Source: Octopus vulgaris
Lineage: Eukaryota
Reading direction: 5' to 3'
Length of the DNA stretch: 64,000 nucleotides
Assembly: GCA_951406725.2 (NCBI GenBank)
Contig: OX597821.1
Location: forward strand, 67,828,001 to 67,892,000
Shown here: one piece after another, positions 1-14,745 of the stretch
Layout: every line of letters begins with the position of its first letter
Position numbering within the stretch: position 1 is the stretch's first letter
The notes under the pieces: generated by a model
What the model was told of the DNA's origin: nothing
What the model saw: only the letters and a program-made list of their open reading frames with translations
Databases searched by the model: none
Made by a program: the position numbers and the translations under genes

Positions 1-277
1 ATTTTAATCTTAGTTACAAGGGCACCTTTTTACGAATAGTAAAGAAAACTTCAATAGTGCTTTGACTGTTATCCTAGCTTCACTACAATGTTTACGCAAG
101 ATTCATATGCTTATATTCGTTAGTGTTGGATTTAACATTCGAAAGAGCCTAATAGATTCAGTGCGATATTCATAGTAAAAGTTTTTCTATAGAATTAAAT
201 AGCACGTAATTATTATAGATTGAATATAGTTGGCTTTTTCGCCTCGGTCGATAGTATTGCAGAGACAGTAACTTAAA

Positions 278-495
278 GGCGGCGAGCTGGCAGAATCATT
301 AGCACGCCGGTATTTCGTCTGCCGTTACGTTCTGAGTTCAAATTCCGCCGAGGTCGACTTTACCTTTCATTCTTTCGGAGTCGATTAAATAAGTACCAGA
401 TGCGTACTGGAGTTGATGTAATCGACTTAATCCCTTTGTCTGTCCTTGTTTGTCCCCTCTATGTTTAGTCCCTTGTGGACAATAAAGAAATAAGT
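278..495 (+). mobile_element. tRNA-derived SINE, family B (Nin/Deu-like domain)
   Basis: Head GGCGGCGAGCTGGCAGAATC, B-box-like GAGTTCAAATTCC, central GAGGTCGACTTTACCTTTCATTCTTTCGGAGTCGATTAAATAAGTACC. Same family at 27.5, 27.96, 43.4, 56.0 and 60 kb. Confidence 0.85.
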
Positions 496-1031
496 AACTT
501 TAAAGTCTCAGCTATTCTTGGGTTATTTCCAAAAGAGTTGAGCGCCAAGTATCCCGGCCGTCCTTCCAGTCATGGATATGCCACGTAAGAAAGCAATTCA
601 AAACGCTTGTAGCATCCATGGAGCTGCAGTAGATGCTAGATATTGGTTAAGTATAACCATACACATCTTTGGGGTACCACCTTTCGGATTTTCTACAAAG
701 ATTTATTCCTTTAGGCTGTTTTAAACGCTCAATAAATTTCCCAAAAAGCAGCAAAGGTTTATGTAGATCCACTCTCACTTTCAAATTTACTGTTATGCCA
801 CGATGTTATAGTTGGTCTAACTTTTAATCGTTAATAAATCAATTAAGTAGAAGTTTAGATCAACTGTTATCCAGCTGACATATCAGAAAATTATTCCAGC
901 CGTGGCCTCACCGCTAGTTAGTGTATCTTTTACTAATATACGTCTATTCTTGAGAGTGTCTATGGGATATCAATGATATCAGAGTTTTAAGCAGGTCGGA
1001 TAATAATAATAATAATAAAAATAATAATAAT

Positions 1032-1349
1032 ATGTGTTGAGAGGGATTCTTTGGGGTTTGAATAATTCACCTCTGGAAACATGGGTGGTTCTTTCAACAT
1101 CCTTAAACAACCCTTATTCAGGGACCTTTTGAGCGGGATGGGCTACTCAACCTGAAGAAAATTCTAACTGGGCCCCACCTGCAAGGTCATGTGCTGTTTA
1201 TCTTGATATGAGATCACCATGTCGCGCACATATGGTTGTGATGCATGTGCCTGGTGTACCCTTATCAGACGGGTAGTCATGATGGGTATATTGGGCTTCG
1301 TATATTTTACCCCAGTGTCACTTTGATGGCATGCACTGCTCTCTCACTC
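1032..1349 (+). mobile_element. Partial copy of a (TAA)n-embedded ~560-bp non-coding repeat (family E)
   Basis: Reverse complement of about 52317-52635; (AAT)n on both sides. Strand is set by the (TAA)n strand. Confidence 0.8.
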
Positions 1350-1370
1350 AATAATAATAATAATAATAAT

Positions 1371-1427
<57 letters not shown>

Positions 1428-1464
1428 GTTGTTGTTGTTGTTATTGTTGTTATTATTATTATTG

Positions 1465-1520
<56 letters not shown>

Positions 1521-1582
1521 CATTATTATTATTATGATAATGATAATAAAAATGATAATAACAATAATAATGATAATAATAA
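1350..1582. repeat. Compound (AAT)n/(ATT)n/(GTT)n microsatellite
   Basis: Seen directly. Confidence 0.95.
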
Positions 1583-1706
1583 TCGACCGAAGTTACAGAG
1601 TGAGTAAGGGGCAATGAAATTCGTGATAAATGCCAATGCCTATATATATATATACACACATGTATATGTGTGTGTATGTATGTATGTATGTATGTATGTA
1701 TGAATG

Positions 1707-1737
<31 letters not shown>

Positions 1738-1973
1738 ACAGACACACACACACACACACACACATATTCTCCTTATTTTATGCAGAATGAAAAATAATGT
1801 ATTTTATTTTGTTTTTGGTTTTTGGATACCAGTTGGTGTGATGTATATGAACAAAAATTGAACAATCTTTCCAAATACATAATATAATGATATAACAAAC
1901 AACAGCCAGAAAATCATCTGTAAGAGCAACAACAACAACACCAGCAACAACAACAACAACAACAACAACAACG

Positions 1974-2025
<52 letters not shown>

Positions 2026-2284
2026 TAATCATAATAGTGACTGTGGCGAGAATGTTTTTGATGCTTTGTCAAGCCAGTAAAGTAAAATACAAAAGAAATA
2101 CGGTTTCTATGTAGAATACAAAAATGTAATTTTTTTATTCGTAGGTATTTTTTCTCTTTACATTAAAACTGAAGTAAAATATAAATATTTTTACTTTGTA
2201 AGGTTGTAAGGACGTTTTATTTTAACTATTTTCTTTTTAAAAAATCGTGTTCATTTGGTGAAGCTTTAGAAAATCAAAGAGGAA

Positions 2285-2435
2285 AGAAGAAGAAGAAGAA
2301 GAAGAAGAAGAAGAAGAAGAAGAAGAAGAAGAAGAAGAAGAAGAAGAAGAAGAAGAAGAAGAAGAAGAAGAAGAAGAAGAAGAAGAAGAAGAAGAAGAAG
2401 AAGAAGAAGAAGAAGAAGAAGAAGAAGAAGAAGAA
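2285..2435. repeat. (AAG)n microsatellite
   Basis: Pure AAG tract of about 150 bp. Confidence 0.97.
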
Positions 2436-2606
2436 AATTGAAGAACAGATGGAATAAAATAATGCCATGGCGTTGGTGAAGACTGTGGTGAATGATGGTG
2501 ATTGATGATGGCGGTGGCTATGATTTTCGATGCTGATGAAAATGATTATGAAGCTCGTGATGGTGACCATAATCATAGCAATCATCATCATCATTATCAT
2601 GATATA

Positions 2607-4643
<2,037 letters not shown>

Positions 4644-5546
4644 AATCTATGCGTGTGTGTATGTATATATATGTATATATGTGTGTGTATGTGTGTTTTT
4701 TTGTGCGTGTGTGTGCGTCAGTGCATATGAGTGCGCGTATGTATGTGAACACACGCAGACACGTTGTAGTCTTAACTCGTTACTCCGTTTAAGACCATCA
4801 AGCGACTTGGGTGCTTTTAACAAAGTCCACGCTGTAGCAAGCATTCTGACCAGGTATTTGGTTTAAGAATAACCACCAGCACCTACACAATTCTTAAACT
4901 TAATTTCAAGTAATTATATCTACATAGAGCATAATTATTAGAGAATAGTCGTCAGAAGAGCCTTGAAAGTTGTATATTTTTTCTTTAACAAATATATCTC
5001 GAGCTTAACCAACATAATCTGAGTAAACTTCATCAATCTAAAAGGTATGAGGACAGTCTTTGGTGCAGTTGTAAAGATCCTATTTTCTGGCACTTTTATG
5101 GTCACTGTTTAATCAAAGACGTACTATATTAAACTGATATCCAAGTCGATTATATAGATTATATGTGAAGCTTACAACAAGGTCCCTAATTCCAGATGAG
5201 TTTTTACCTGCGCAAAAATTCCTTTAAACACACAGTTAACAGATCCTCAACACGTCTCTCCAAATAAGAACGGCAATTGAAAGAACCCCCTTTCAAAATT
5301 CATCGGTAGACCTTAGATCAAACCTATACAGACATGCGTCCTATTTCATGAAATGCTCATCATGCCTAAATAAGAATATTGTTTTAGAACAAATCGCCCT
5401 TAAACTACATATCTGAACTACAGAAATTTTTCAGTTATTCATTTTTTTTTATTTCGTGGCCTTTTGCCACTGAGTGGGCAATCTGTATAACCAATTCACC
5501 TTGTCACATATATTTTACTTTTTTTATTATTTCGAATATATCGGAT

Positions 5547-5953
5547 CTCTTTTACTTGTTTCAGTAATTTGACTGTGACCATGCTGGAGCACCGCCTTTT
5601 AGTTGAGAAAATCGACCCCAGGACTTATTCTTTTGTAAGCCTAGTACTTATTCTATCGGTCTCTTTTACCGAACCGCTAAGTTACGGGGACGTAAACACA
5701 CCAGCATCGGTCGTCAAGCGATGTTGGGGGAACAAACACAGACACACAAACATATACACACACATACATATACACATATATACATATATATGACGGGCTT
5801 CTTTCAGTTTCCGTCCACTAAATCCACTCACAAAGCTTTGGTCGGCCCGAGGCTATAGTAGAAGACATTTGCCCAAGTTGCCACGCAGTGGGACTGAACT
5901 CGAAACCATGTGGTTGGTAGGCAAGCTACTTACCACACATCCCTCCTACGCCT
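5547..5953 (-). mobile_element. CORE-type tRNA-derived SINE, family A
   Basis: Minus strand: tRNA-like head, CORE-like ACTTGGGCAAATGTCTTC, internal TA/TG tract, tail GGCGGTGCTCCAGCATGGTCACAGTC...GTAAAAGAG. Confidence 0.88.
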
Positions 5954-6199
5954 ATCTTTCATTTTTTTATCGCTTACTTGTTTCATCCATTGAACCGCGC
6001 CCATGCCTGGGCACCACCTTGAAGGATTAATCAAACAAATCGATCCCAGGCATTACTTTGTTAAGCGTCGTACTTATTCTAGCGGTTTCTTTTGCCGAAC
6101 CACTAAATTACAGAACGTAAAGAAACCAGCACTGGTTTTTCAAGCGATGGATGATTTGTGACGGTTATTTTCTTATTATTTCGCATGGTGGAGTTGCCT

Positions 6200-6560
6200 A
6201 TACATCGCTAAATACATTGAGCTTCCATTCTAAATTTATTGGCGTCCATATCTTCTATTGGCTATGTTGGATGGTCATTTCTTGGAAATCTTTCAATTAG
6301 TCCCTTTCAAAACTTTTCATACCCATCGACCACTGCACAGGTTTCAATGCCGTCTTTGAATCTTGCTACATGTTCGACTCAGTTGAATTTGTGCTTTCCC
6401 AGTTCGCCATTACGTCGTTCACTCCTATCCATTTAAGCGGAACATTGCCGGGGTAAGTTTCACCAGCTTCAATATGTTTTCGAAATCCATGGGTTTTGTA
6501 CTGTCCTTCAATCCAAGCACTGCGAATATCTTATTCCTATTGTGTTCTGATTCAACTTAA
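6200..6560 (-). pseudogene. Degenerate RTE-like LINE C-terminal fragment
   Basis: Minus-strand translation KHKFN*VEHVARFKDG resembles the RTE KxRWxGHVARxxD motif; contains stops. Confidence 0.4.
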
Positions 6561-6728
6561 TTATCTTTTGCCTTTCACAAGCACATATTGCAAGACAGAG
6601 CTAGTAATTTCCAATAGTAGACTATTCGAAATGCATCAAACAAGCGGAGGCATATCGTACTGAGATATGCAAAGATAAAGCAACAGAATATTTTGATTGT
6701 CCCACACACACTCAAACACATCCATACG

Positions 6729-6789
<61 letters not shown>

Positions 6790-6984
6790 CGTTTATGTAT
6801 ATTTTCGTTTGTTTAAGGTGAACTGTATGAAATATATGTTAACTAAAATCACATTTCTTTATGTGAGTTTTATTGTAGTTCTCTGCATTCCAAATCTGCC
6901 ATTAACCGTTACTTTATTCTCTTTTTCTCTTTCACTCCCTCTCTCTCCCTCTGGTAATCGGTCTCTCTTTCTCGCGTGCTTTTA

Positions 6985-7018
<34 letters not shown>

Positions 7019-7650
7019 CTCTCACTCTATCTACCTATCTGTCTATCTCTGTCTCTTCTCTTAGGTTTATTGGAATATGTGTATCTAAGTAAGTGATTAA
7101 GAATGTGTGTAGGTTTTTCTAAGTATTCTTGCGTATTAGAATAAGCTTACTTCTGCCATAGACATATCCTGCTTTATTCATCAGTTGTTAATCTTTTGTT
7201 GTTCCATTGTATTTCCAAAATGTCAAGGTTATCGATCAGATGATGAAGTCTGCGAATAATAACATACACAATCTGAAAGTAGTAACGATTTACATCGTTA
7301 AGTAAACAACAAATCGGAAACGACCGTCGGCTACGGTAATTCAACGGCATCACACCAACTGCCGTCTACGAACCCGTTATTAATAAACGCTCTCATCTCA
7401 AACACCCACCTAGCTATCAATCAACAAACAAGAATTGTGACAACCACAGGGAAGCCACACTAACGAATAATCGAAAATAGAAATTGTACCTCAGTCCCTC
7501 AAGACCTGGAACTCAATTTTATTTAGTGTTTCCTTTTAATAGACGTATATATATATATATGTATATGTATATGTATGTATGTATGTATGCATGTATGTAT
7601 GTATATATGTATGTATGTATGCATGTATGCATGTATGTATATATGTATAT

Positions 7651-7810
<160 letters not shown>

Positions 7811-8493
7811 TACGTATGTCATCCTTAGATTGCTGGCCTTTAATAGGAGTTCTTTGAAAGCTTCAGATTGATTACTAGTGACAAATAATTCCATTCAAAA
7901 ATGATTAAGTATCATTGGAATCGTCTGGCACATCGTCAACCTTCGAATATTTGCTGTCCTTTGCTAACAAAAACAGGATATAAGCTAAATAGCTTTAAGA
8001 GAAAGCAACGACAACATGAACACACATAGAATACAATTAAATAAATGGAAAGAGAAAGTGAAAGTAAAAGTATAAAATGCATTATACAACTGTGTGTTGT
8101 ATATCAAAAAAAAGAAAAAACTAAACTCACAAAACATAGCATAACATCCGTATATAACAGAGTCTCTCATTCTAACTGTACGTCTGTAATCGTATGCGAA
8201 GTTTTATCAGCTGTAAGAAAAAGTATTAATATAGGAAACTGCCGCAGTTTCTATCGCAAAATAAAAAAACAAACACATTTAACTCATATATTCCGCTATT
8301 TATTTCCATTGATTACATATTCTCGCATTTGATAGGTGTTTTATGTACGAGCCTCGGTAGTTATATGTGCGCGCGCGCGCGTATGTGTGTGTATATATAT
8401 ATACATATATATGCATATATACTTTATATACGCACAAATATGCATACATATATATTTTCATGAATACACATTAATATATATGTATATATTAAC

Positions 8494-8533
<40 letters not shown>

Positions 8534-8636
8534 CAAATAGATTTGGATAGATAACTGTATATAAACATTATATAAATACATATATATATATATGCAAATA
8601 GATTTGGATAGATAACTGTATATAAACGTTATATAA

Positions 8637-8687
<51 letters not shown>

Positions 8688-9178
8688 CACGTATGTATGT
8701 GTGTGTTTCTTGTATTTTATATAAACACTGCAATCTATTGTTAAATGCTTTTCCTCATTTTGATTTGGTTTTTATTCGTTTATTTGTTTATTTGTTTTTC
8801 TTCAGTTTTTTTTTTTTCATAGTTTCTGCTCTTTGCCAGTTATTATCGAAATGTCATATATATTTCTCATTCATTTTATTATTAGTTTTATATCGTCTCT
8901 CTCTCTCTCTCTGTCTCCCTTTCTAGCTATTCCTTCCCTCTTCTCTCTCTCTCTCTCTGTCTCCCCCTCTCTCTCTTCTGCTTTCTATCAGGTTGTATAT
9001 TATCCCCCCCAAATCATGCCTCTCTTACACATCCACTCACAGCCAAACACTAAACAGCTGAAACATCTACAATTGTGAAACGTTGTCTTCTCAATTGCTA
9101 GGTGACGAACACATTGCTTCCGTGAGCGCGCCATGTGTATACTGCACATATGTGTCTATATATACTGCACAAACGTCA

Positions 9179-9210
<32 letters not shown>

Positions 9211-9215
<5 letters not shown>

Positions 9216-9341
9216 TATATGCCTATTTCTTTATATAAACATATATGGCTATACACACAAACGTCTATATATATATATATATATATAAATATATATGCCT
9301 ATCTCTTTATATAAACATATATGGCTATACACACAAACGTC

Positions 9342-9375
<34 letters not shown>

Positions 9376-9428
9376 TAAATATATATGCCTATCTCTTTAT
9401 ATAAACATATATGGCTATACACACAAAC

Positions 9429-9440
<12 letters not shown>
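9211..9440 (+). repeat. Three copies of a ~55-bp unit separated by (TA)n
   Basis: AAATATATATGCCTATCTCTTTATATAAACATATATGGCTATACACACAAACGTC occurs three times, one copy with a substitution. Confidence 0.9.
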
Positions 9441-9480
<40 letters not shown>

Positions 9481-9531
9481 TCTTATATTCGTTTCAGCTA
9501 TGTGGCTATGGTCATGCTATACATACATACA

Positions 9532-9580
<49 letters not shown>

Positions 9581-10021
9581 TTTATGTATATATGTGCGTA
9601 TATACATATGTGCATGTGAGTGCGTGTGTGTAAAATAAAGTTATTTTCTTATAGATATACATATATTCATACATGGTGAGTGGAGTGTGCGTCTGTGTGT
9701 AAGTGTGAATATATGTGAAGATGTATGCGTGTATGTGTAAGTGAAGTATTTGTATAGGTATATATAAGATATATAAAGATATATATATATATGCATATAT
9801 ATATATATATATGTGTGTATGTATGTATGTATGTATGTATGTATATATGTATGTATGGACGTATGTATACACATGTGTATGTACGCTTGCATATATATAT
9901 AGATATCTGAGTGGGTGTACATAATTATGCATAAGATATTTGTATGCATATTCGCACACACTCTCACGGACATACACAAACAGACACACACACTTACACA
10001 TATACACACACACGCATATAT

Positions 10022-10058
<37 letters not shown>

Positions 10059-10060
10059 AC

Positions 10061-10119
<59 letters not shown>

Positions 10120-11183
10120 CCATGTATGTACGCGTCTATATGTGTATGATGGCTATATATATGTTTGATTAATACATACATATAAATACATACACATATA
10201 TTTATATAACCATATATATGTTTATATATGTATATACATTTATAAATATTCATATATATATGTATATATACATATATATATTTATGTGTATATATGTATG
10301 TGTGTATATATGCATGCATTGTGTGTATGTATAAATACATACATACGTACATACTTATTCACATACATAAGTGAAAACAGTGGAAGAAAAATTGGATGGG
10401 TTCCTCACTTGTTGTGCATAAGAAAACATCAAAGTCTCTTTAATGTGGAGGCATTATAGGAAAATATCCGTATGTGAATTACGCTTCTCGTCAATTCACA
10501 CATCATCAAAGTTACTTTTTCTACAAGGGATAATATAATATTTTCCTTTACTTTGAACGTCTACTTTCCATAGACGTGCGCCTCCGTTGCACTTGCCATT
10601 GTTCACATGCCCATATCTACATCAGCTCGATACTAACGGTGCTGCGATTTGATCAGACAATCTATCTGCCAATAAATTCCGAGCGTTTGATCTGACTACC
10701 ACCGGGATCCAATTACATTTCAACTCCTTCATCCTATACAAACAAACTCTTTTACTGTTGCCTATTCAGACGCATGCGCAATCGTTTATTACATACAGGA
10801 TATCAAAAACAAAGGTTGATAAACCAAAACAACATACAACTAAAAAAAAATAAAATAAATAAAATAATAAAACAACAAGGATAAGTATTAACTGTTCATT
10901 TTTCTTTTTGTTTTCATTGGCTAAAAATGACCTGCCGCAAGCGATGTCGATATTAAAGAAATACAGGTGAGGGACAAATAGAAACCACGCTTCTTTCGCC
11001 ATAATATTTCGGATACATACTTTGTACGTGAGAACGTGTTTTAGTTACAGTCGTATACATTAAGAATTGATACACAGTTCATAGTATGTCTGTACAGGTA
11101 CGCACATACATACTACTACATATATAAATATATACATGTATCTACATATATACGCACACATGCATACATACATACATATATAC

Positions 11184-11244
<61 letters not shown>

Positions 11245-11248
11245 ATTT

Positions 11249-11328
<80 letters not shown>

Positions 11329-11883
11329 GTATTGTATGGACGTAGACGATACAACCGAAGTATATTTAAGTATATTTCTTTATATTTGATCATTGAGAAT
11401 ACACAGCTATTCAAAGGTTAGTCGGTGCTATAACCCTAAATCTGCGTGTGCTAATTTTCGAAAAGATGCCTAAAATGCTGTACAGAAAGAAATCATGGAT
11501 TGTTTAGCATGATTTCGTTTATGACATACAAATACCTTTCAGAGGCTTTTCTTTTTGTCAGCTGGTGTTTATAACAAAAAGGGTGCACATCTAACCACAC
11601 AAGGCAAACATACATATATACATATATACATACAGACAGATAGGCATATATATATATATATATATATATACACTCTTACTTGTTTCGATCATTTGACTGC
11701 GGCCATGCTGGAGCACCGCCTTTAGTCGTCAAATCGACTTATTCTTTGTAAGCCCAGTACTTATTCTATCAGTCTCTTTTGCCGAACCGCTTAGTGATGG
11801 GGACTTAAACACACCAGCATCGGTTGTCAAGCAAAGCTAGGGGGACAAACACACACACACATACATACACATATATATATATA

Positions 11884-12068
11884 TTCCTGTCAAGAGTCCC
11901 AGATGAACCTACCTCACGGCAAGAGGTGCAAATGAGAGTAGCTGTATCAAACTCCATGCTTCACCAAGTGCCACATATTAGACGAGGTTCGTCGTAATAA
12001 CAGTGTAGCACAAAACGGTGGTGCATCAGCATGGCCGCAGCTCTGAGCTGAAACTAAAAAAAAAAAAA
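11884..12068 (+). mobile_element. 3' end of a CR1/L2-group LINE with poly(A)
   Basis: Encodes FLSRVPDEPTSRQEVQMRVAVSNSMLHQVPHIRRGSS*, resembling the FLxxIPDEP...AxSNSL C-terminus; followed by a tail shared with SINE A and an A tract. Confidence 0.75.
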
Positions 12069-12156
12069 CATATATACGACAGGCTTCTTTCAGTTTCCGT
12101 CTACCAAATCCACTCACAAGGCATTGGTCGGCCCGGGGCTATAGCAGAAGACACTT

Positions 12157-12379
12157 GGATCTTTTCATTTTGAAGGCCAGATTTTCCTAGTTAACTAAAC
12201 AATTTGAAACCTCGTATACTGGTAAAATTCGTAAAAATTAAACTACGTTTAAGTTACGAATAACAATTTTGTTTTCAATTTTTTTACAATAATGTCTTCT
12301 TTTTACACATTCTACCAGTATACGAAGTTTCAAATTTTTAGTTAACTAGGAAAATCTGGCCTTCAAAATGAAAAGATCC
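12157..12379. mobile_element. MITE with 8-bp TSD and GG termini (probably Merlin-like)
   Basis: TIRs GGATCTTTTCATTTTGAAGGCCAGATTTTCCTAGTTAACTAAA..., about 70 bp; TSD AGACACTT at 12149-12156 and 12380-12387. Confidence 0.88.
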
Positions 12380-12576
12380 AGACACTTTCCCCAAGGTACC
12401 ACACAGTGGTACTGAACCCAGAACCATGTAGCTGGTTAGCAAGCTACTTACCACACAGCCACTCCGGCGCCTATACATATATAAACATAAATATATATAG
12501 TTTTATATTTAAGAGATGAGGAATTATGTACATTATTTACATTTGACGGATTTTCGCTCTCATCTTGTTTGTTGTT

Positions 12577-12623
12577 AACACAACGTTTCGGCTGATATAG
12601 CCACCTTACATTCATCAGGTGTC
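12577..12623 (-). ncRNA. Minimal type I hammerhead motif, stem II damaged
   Basis: GACAC-CUGAUGA-...UCAGCC-GAAAC-GUU-GUGUU. Confidence 0.65.
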
Positions 12624-12673
12624 TTGGGGCAATTTCGAACCTGGGTTCTCATCCTAACGTTTTTCGTTCCATA

Positions 12674-12745
12674 GGCACATATCGTTACGGTTAGGAGCGC
12701 GGTCTACTAACCTCTAGATTCCGAGTTCGATTCCAGGCAGTGACC
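12674..12745 (+). promoter_or_regulatory. tRNA-derived Pol III A/B-box module (tRNA-Arg-like)
   Basis: AGATTCCGAGTTCGATTCCAGGC B-box region; the copy at 57646-57706 keeps A box TGGCGTAGTGG. Confidence 0.65.
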
Positions 12746-12834
12746 TGAATAATAGAAATAGTAATAATGATAATAATAAAAATAACATCGAAAAATAACT
12801 TAGCAATGAGAATCCAGGTTCGAAATTTCCCCAA

Positions 12835-12878
12835 GACCGCTGATGAAGGCTGGAGAGTATATCAGCTGAAACGTATTA
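12835..12878 (+). ncRNA. Hammerhead motif, stem I and cleavage site damaged
   Basis: CUGAUGA-A-GGCUG-gagaguauau-CAGCU-GAAACG. Confidence 0.65.
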
Positions 12879-12938
12879 ACGAACAAGATGCGAACAAATA
12901 TCCGTGAAATGTAAATAATGTAAATAAGGTATAAATCT

Positions 12939-12994
<56 letters not shown>

Positions 12995-13168
12995 ATTCAC
13001 CCTCATTATTTAATGTATTGATTTGATATGCTGCAGTAAATATTACATGCGGTATTCACTTCCACTTAGCATTTACTCTCGGCGGGAAATTTGTAACTAC
13101 AACAGAATGTAATTGATCGGACCATATGAGAATCGTCGCTTGTAAGGGTCTGATCAATTATATTGACA

Positions 13169-13245
13169 AATGTTGCTGATGAATCATAGACAATTATGTA
13201 AGTATAATCTGCATTTTGTTAATGAAGAAACAATTGTACAACATT
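13169..13245 (+). ncRNA. Type I hammerhead ribozyme, copy 1
   Basis: Stem I AAUGUUG/CAACAUU, core CUGAUGA, stem II UCAU/AUGA plus GACAA/UUGUU, GAAA, stem III AC-AAUU-GU; GUA cleavage after 13238. Confidence 0.9.
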
Positions 13246-13652
13246 AATCCATTATTTAGTAGTAATTTAATTTCATAGCGTTGATTGTGGTGCTATTTCT
13301 ATGTGGATTTATCGTCGGCGACTTTTACCGATCGGACCTATTTCTAGCACTAGAGTTAACATATTCAAAGTTGACTCTCTAATATTTACGGATAAATATG
13401 AATTTGTGTCCCCGGTTTTTTGTGCTAGGTCGCTTGGTGTTAAAATAAGGGTATTATTGAATTAATATCTATAATTTTATTCACCCTCATTATTTAATGT
13501 ATTGATTTGATATGCTGCAGTAAATATTACATGCGGTATTCACTTCCACTTAGCATTTACTCTCGGCGGGAAATTTGTAACTACAACAGAATGTAATTGA
13601 TCGGACCATATGAGAATCGTCGCTTGTAAGGGTCTGATCAATTATATTGACA

Positions 13653-13729
13653 AATGTTGCTGATGAATCATAGACAATTATGTAAGTATAATCTGCATTT
13701 TGTTAATGAAGAAACAATTGTACAACATT
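13653..13729 (+). ncRNA. Type I hammerhead ribozyme, copy 2
   Basis: Identical to copy 1; predicted cleavage after 13722. Confidence 0.9.
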
Positions 13730-13874
13730 AATCCATTATTTAGTAGTAATTTAATTTCATAGCGTTGATTGTGGTGCTATTTCTATGTGGATTTATCGTC
13801 GGCGACTTTTACCGATCGGACCTATTTCTAGCACTAGAGTTAACATATTCAAAGTTGACTCTCTAATATTTACG

Positions 13875-13986
<112 letters not shown>

Positions 13987-14142
13987 TACATACATATACA
14001 CATATATATATATACATACATACGTGCACATCTACATTTATGAGCACATGTTCTGTGCATATAAAAATAAGTATATGTATATGTACACATAAACGCGCAC
14101 ATATATATATATACGTATTCATTTTATCATCTGTGTGTGTGT

Positions 14143-14208
<66 letters not shown>

Positions 14209-14219
14209 GTGTGTGTGTG

Positions 14220-14358
14220 TGTGGTAAGGAAAAAGCTTGCTTCCCAACCACATAGTTCCTGGTTGTGGCAACTTGGGAAAGTATTTCTATTATAGCCTCG
14301 GGCCGACCAAACCTTTCTGAGGGAATTTGGTGGATAGAAACTGAAAGAAGGCCGTCAT
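14220..14358 (+). mobile_element. SINE family A head/core fragment
   Basis: GTGGCAACTTGGGAAAGTATTTCTATTATAGCCTCGGGCCGACCAAA...AACTGAAAGAAGGCCGTC. Confidence 0.75.
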
Positions 14359-14404
14359 ATATACATACATACATACATACATACATATATGCATAATAAT
14401 AATA

Positions 14405-14448
<44 letters not shown>

Positions 14449-14450
14449 GA

Positions 14451-14481
<31 letters not shown>

Positions 14482-14581
14482 AAGAAGAAGAAGAAGAAGA
14501 AGAAGAAGAAGAAGAAGAATGATAAGTAACGACAAAAAATCGAACCTCTATATTAGAAAAATAGAGGATTTTTAATATAAA

Positions 14582-14745
14582 TATTATGATTTAGAACAAG
14601 CAGTAAAAATTTGTCATAGTACTCGGAGTTTCGAATATCGGAGAGAAGAGCTACGCTGCATTCTCGACGGCTATTAATGGCTCCGACATTCGAAACTCGG
14701 AGTACTATAATGACAACCTTACTGTTTGTTCTAAATCATAACATA
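14582..14745. mobile_element. Fold-back PLE-like terminus
   Basis: About 60-bp imperfect inverted arms (TATGATTTAGAACAAGCAGTAA / TTACTGTTTGTTCTAAATCATA) that include an HHR 3' half. Confidence 0.75.
14616..14674 (-). ncRNA. Type I hammerhead motif, core CCGUCGA
   Basis: AUAG-CCGUCGA-GAAUG...UAUUC-GAAAC-UCCGA-GUA-CUAU. Confidence 0.72.

Larger units (their letters stand above)
11675..12472 (-). mobile_element. SINE family A interrupted by two nested insertions
   Basis: Tail at 11675-11860; head and core at 12076-12156 and 12380-12472. Confidence 0.85.
12529..12922. mobile_element. PLE terminal remnant: inverted pair of HHR-bearing ends with a tRNA-like module between them
   Basis: 12529-12658 is inverted at 12800-12922; homologous to 51.3 kb, 56.4 kb and the 57.6-58.1 kb GIY-YIG element. 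Confidence 0.8.
12986..13874 (+). mobile_element. Retrozyme-like partial tandem (484-bp period, about 1.8 units) between (TA)n tracts
   Basis: 12986-13390 appears identical to 13470-13874; each copy carries a complete HHR. Confidence 0.88.

Noticed and set aside
10622-10733. Possible minus-strand exon MKELKCNWIPVVVRSNARNLLADRLSDQIAAPLVSS* after an AG
   Set aside because: Short, no recognisable homology and no partner exons.
12674-12745. Functional tRNA gene
   Set aside because: Acceptor and T stems do not close, and the copies are embedded in a repeat.
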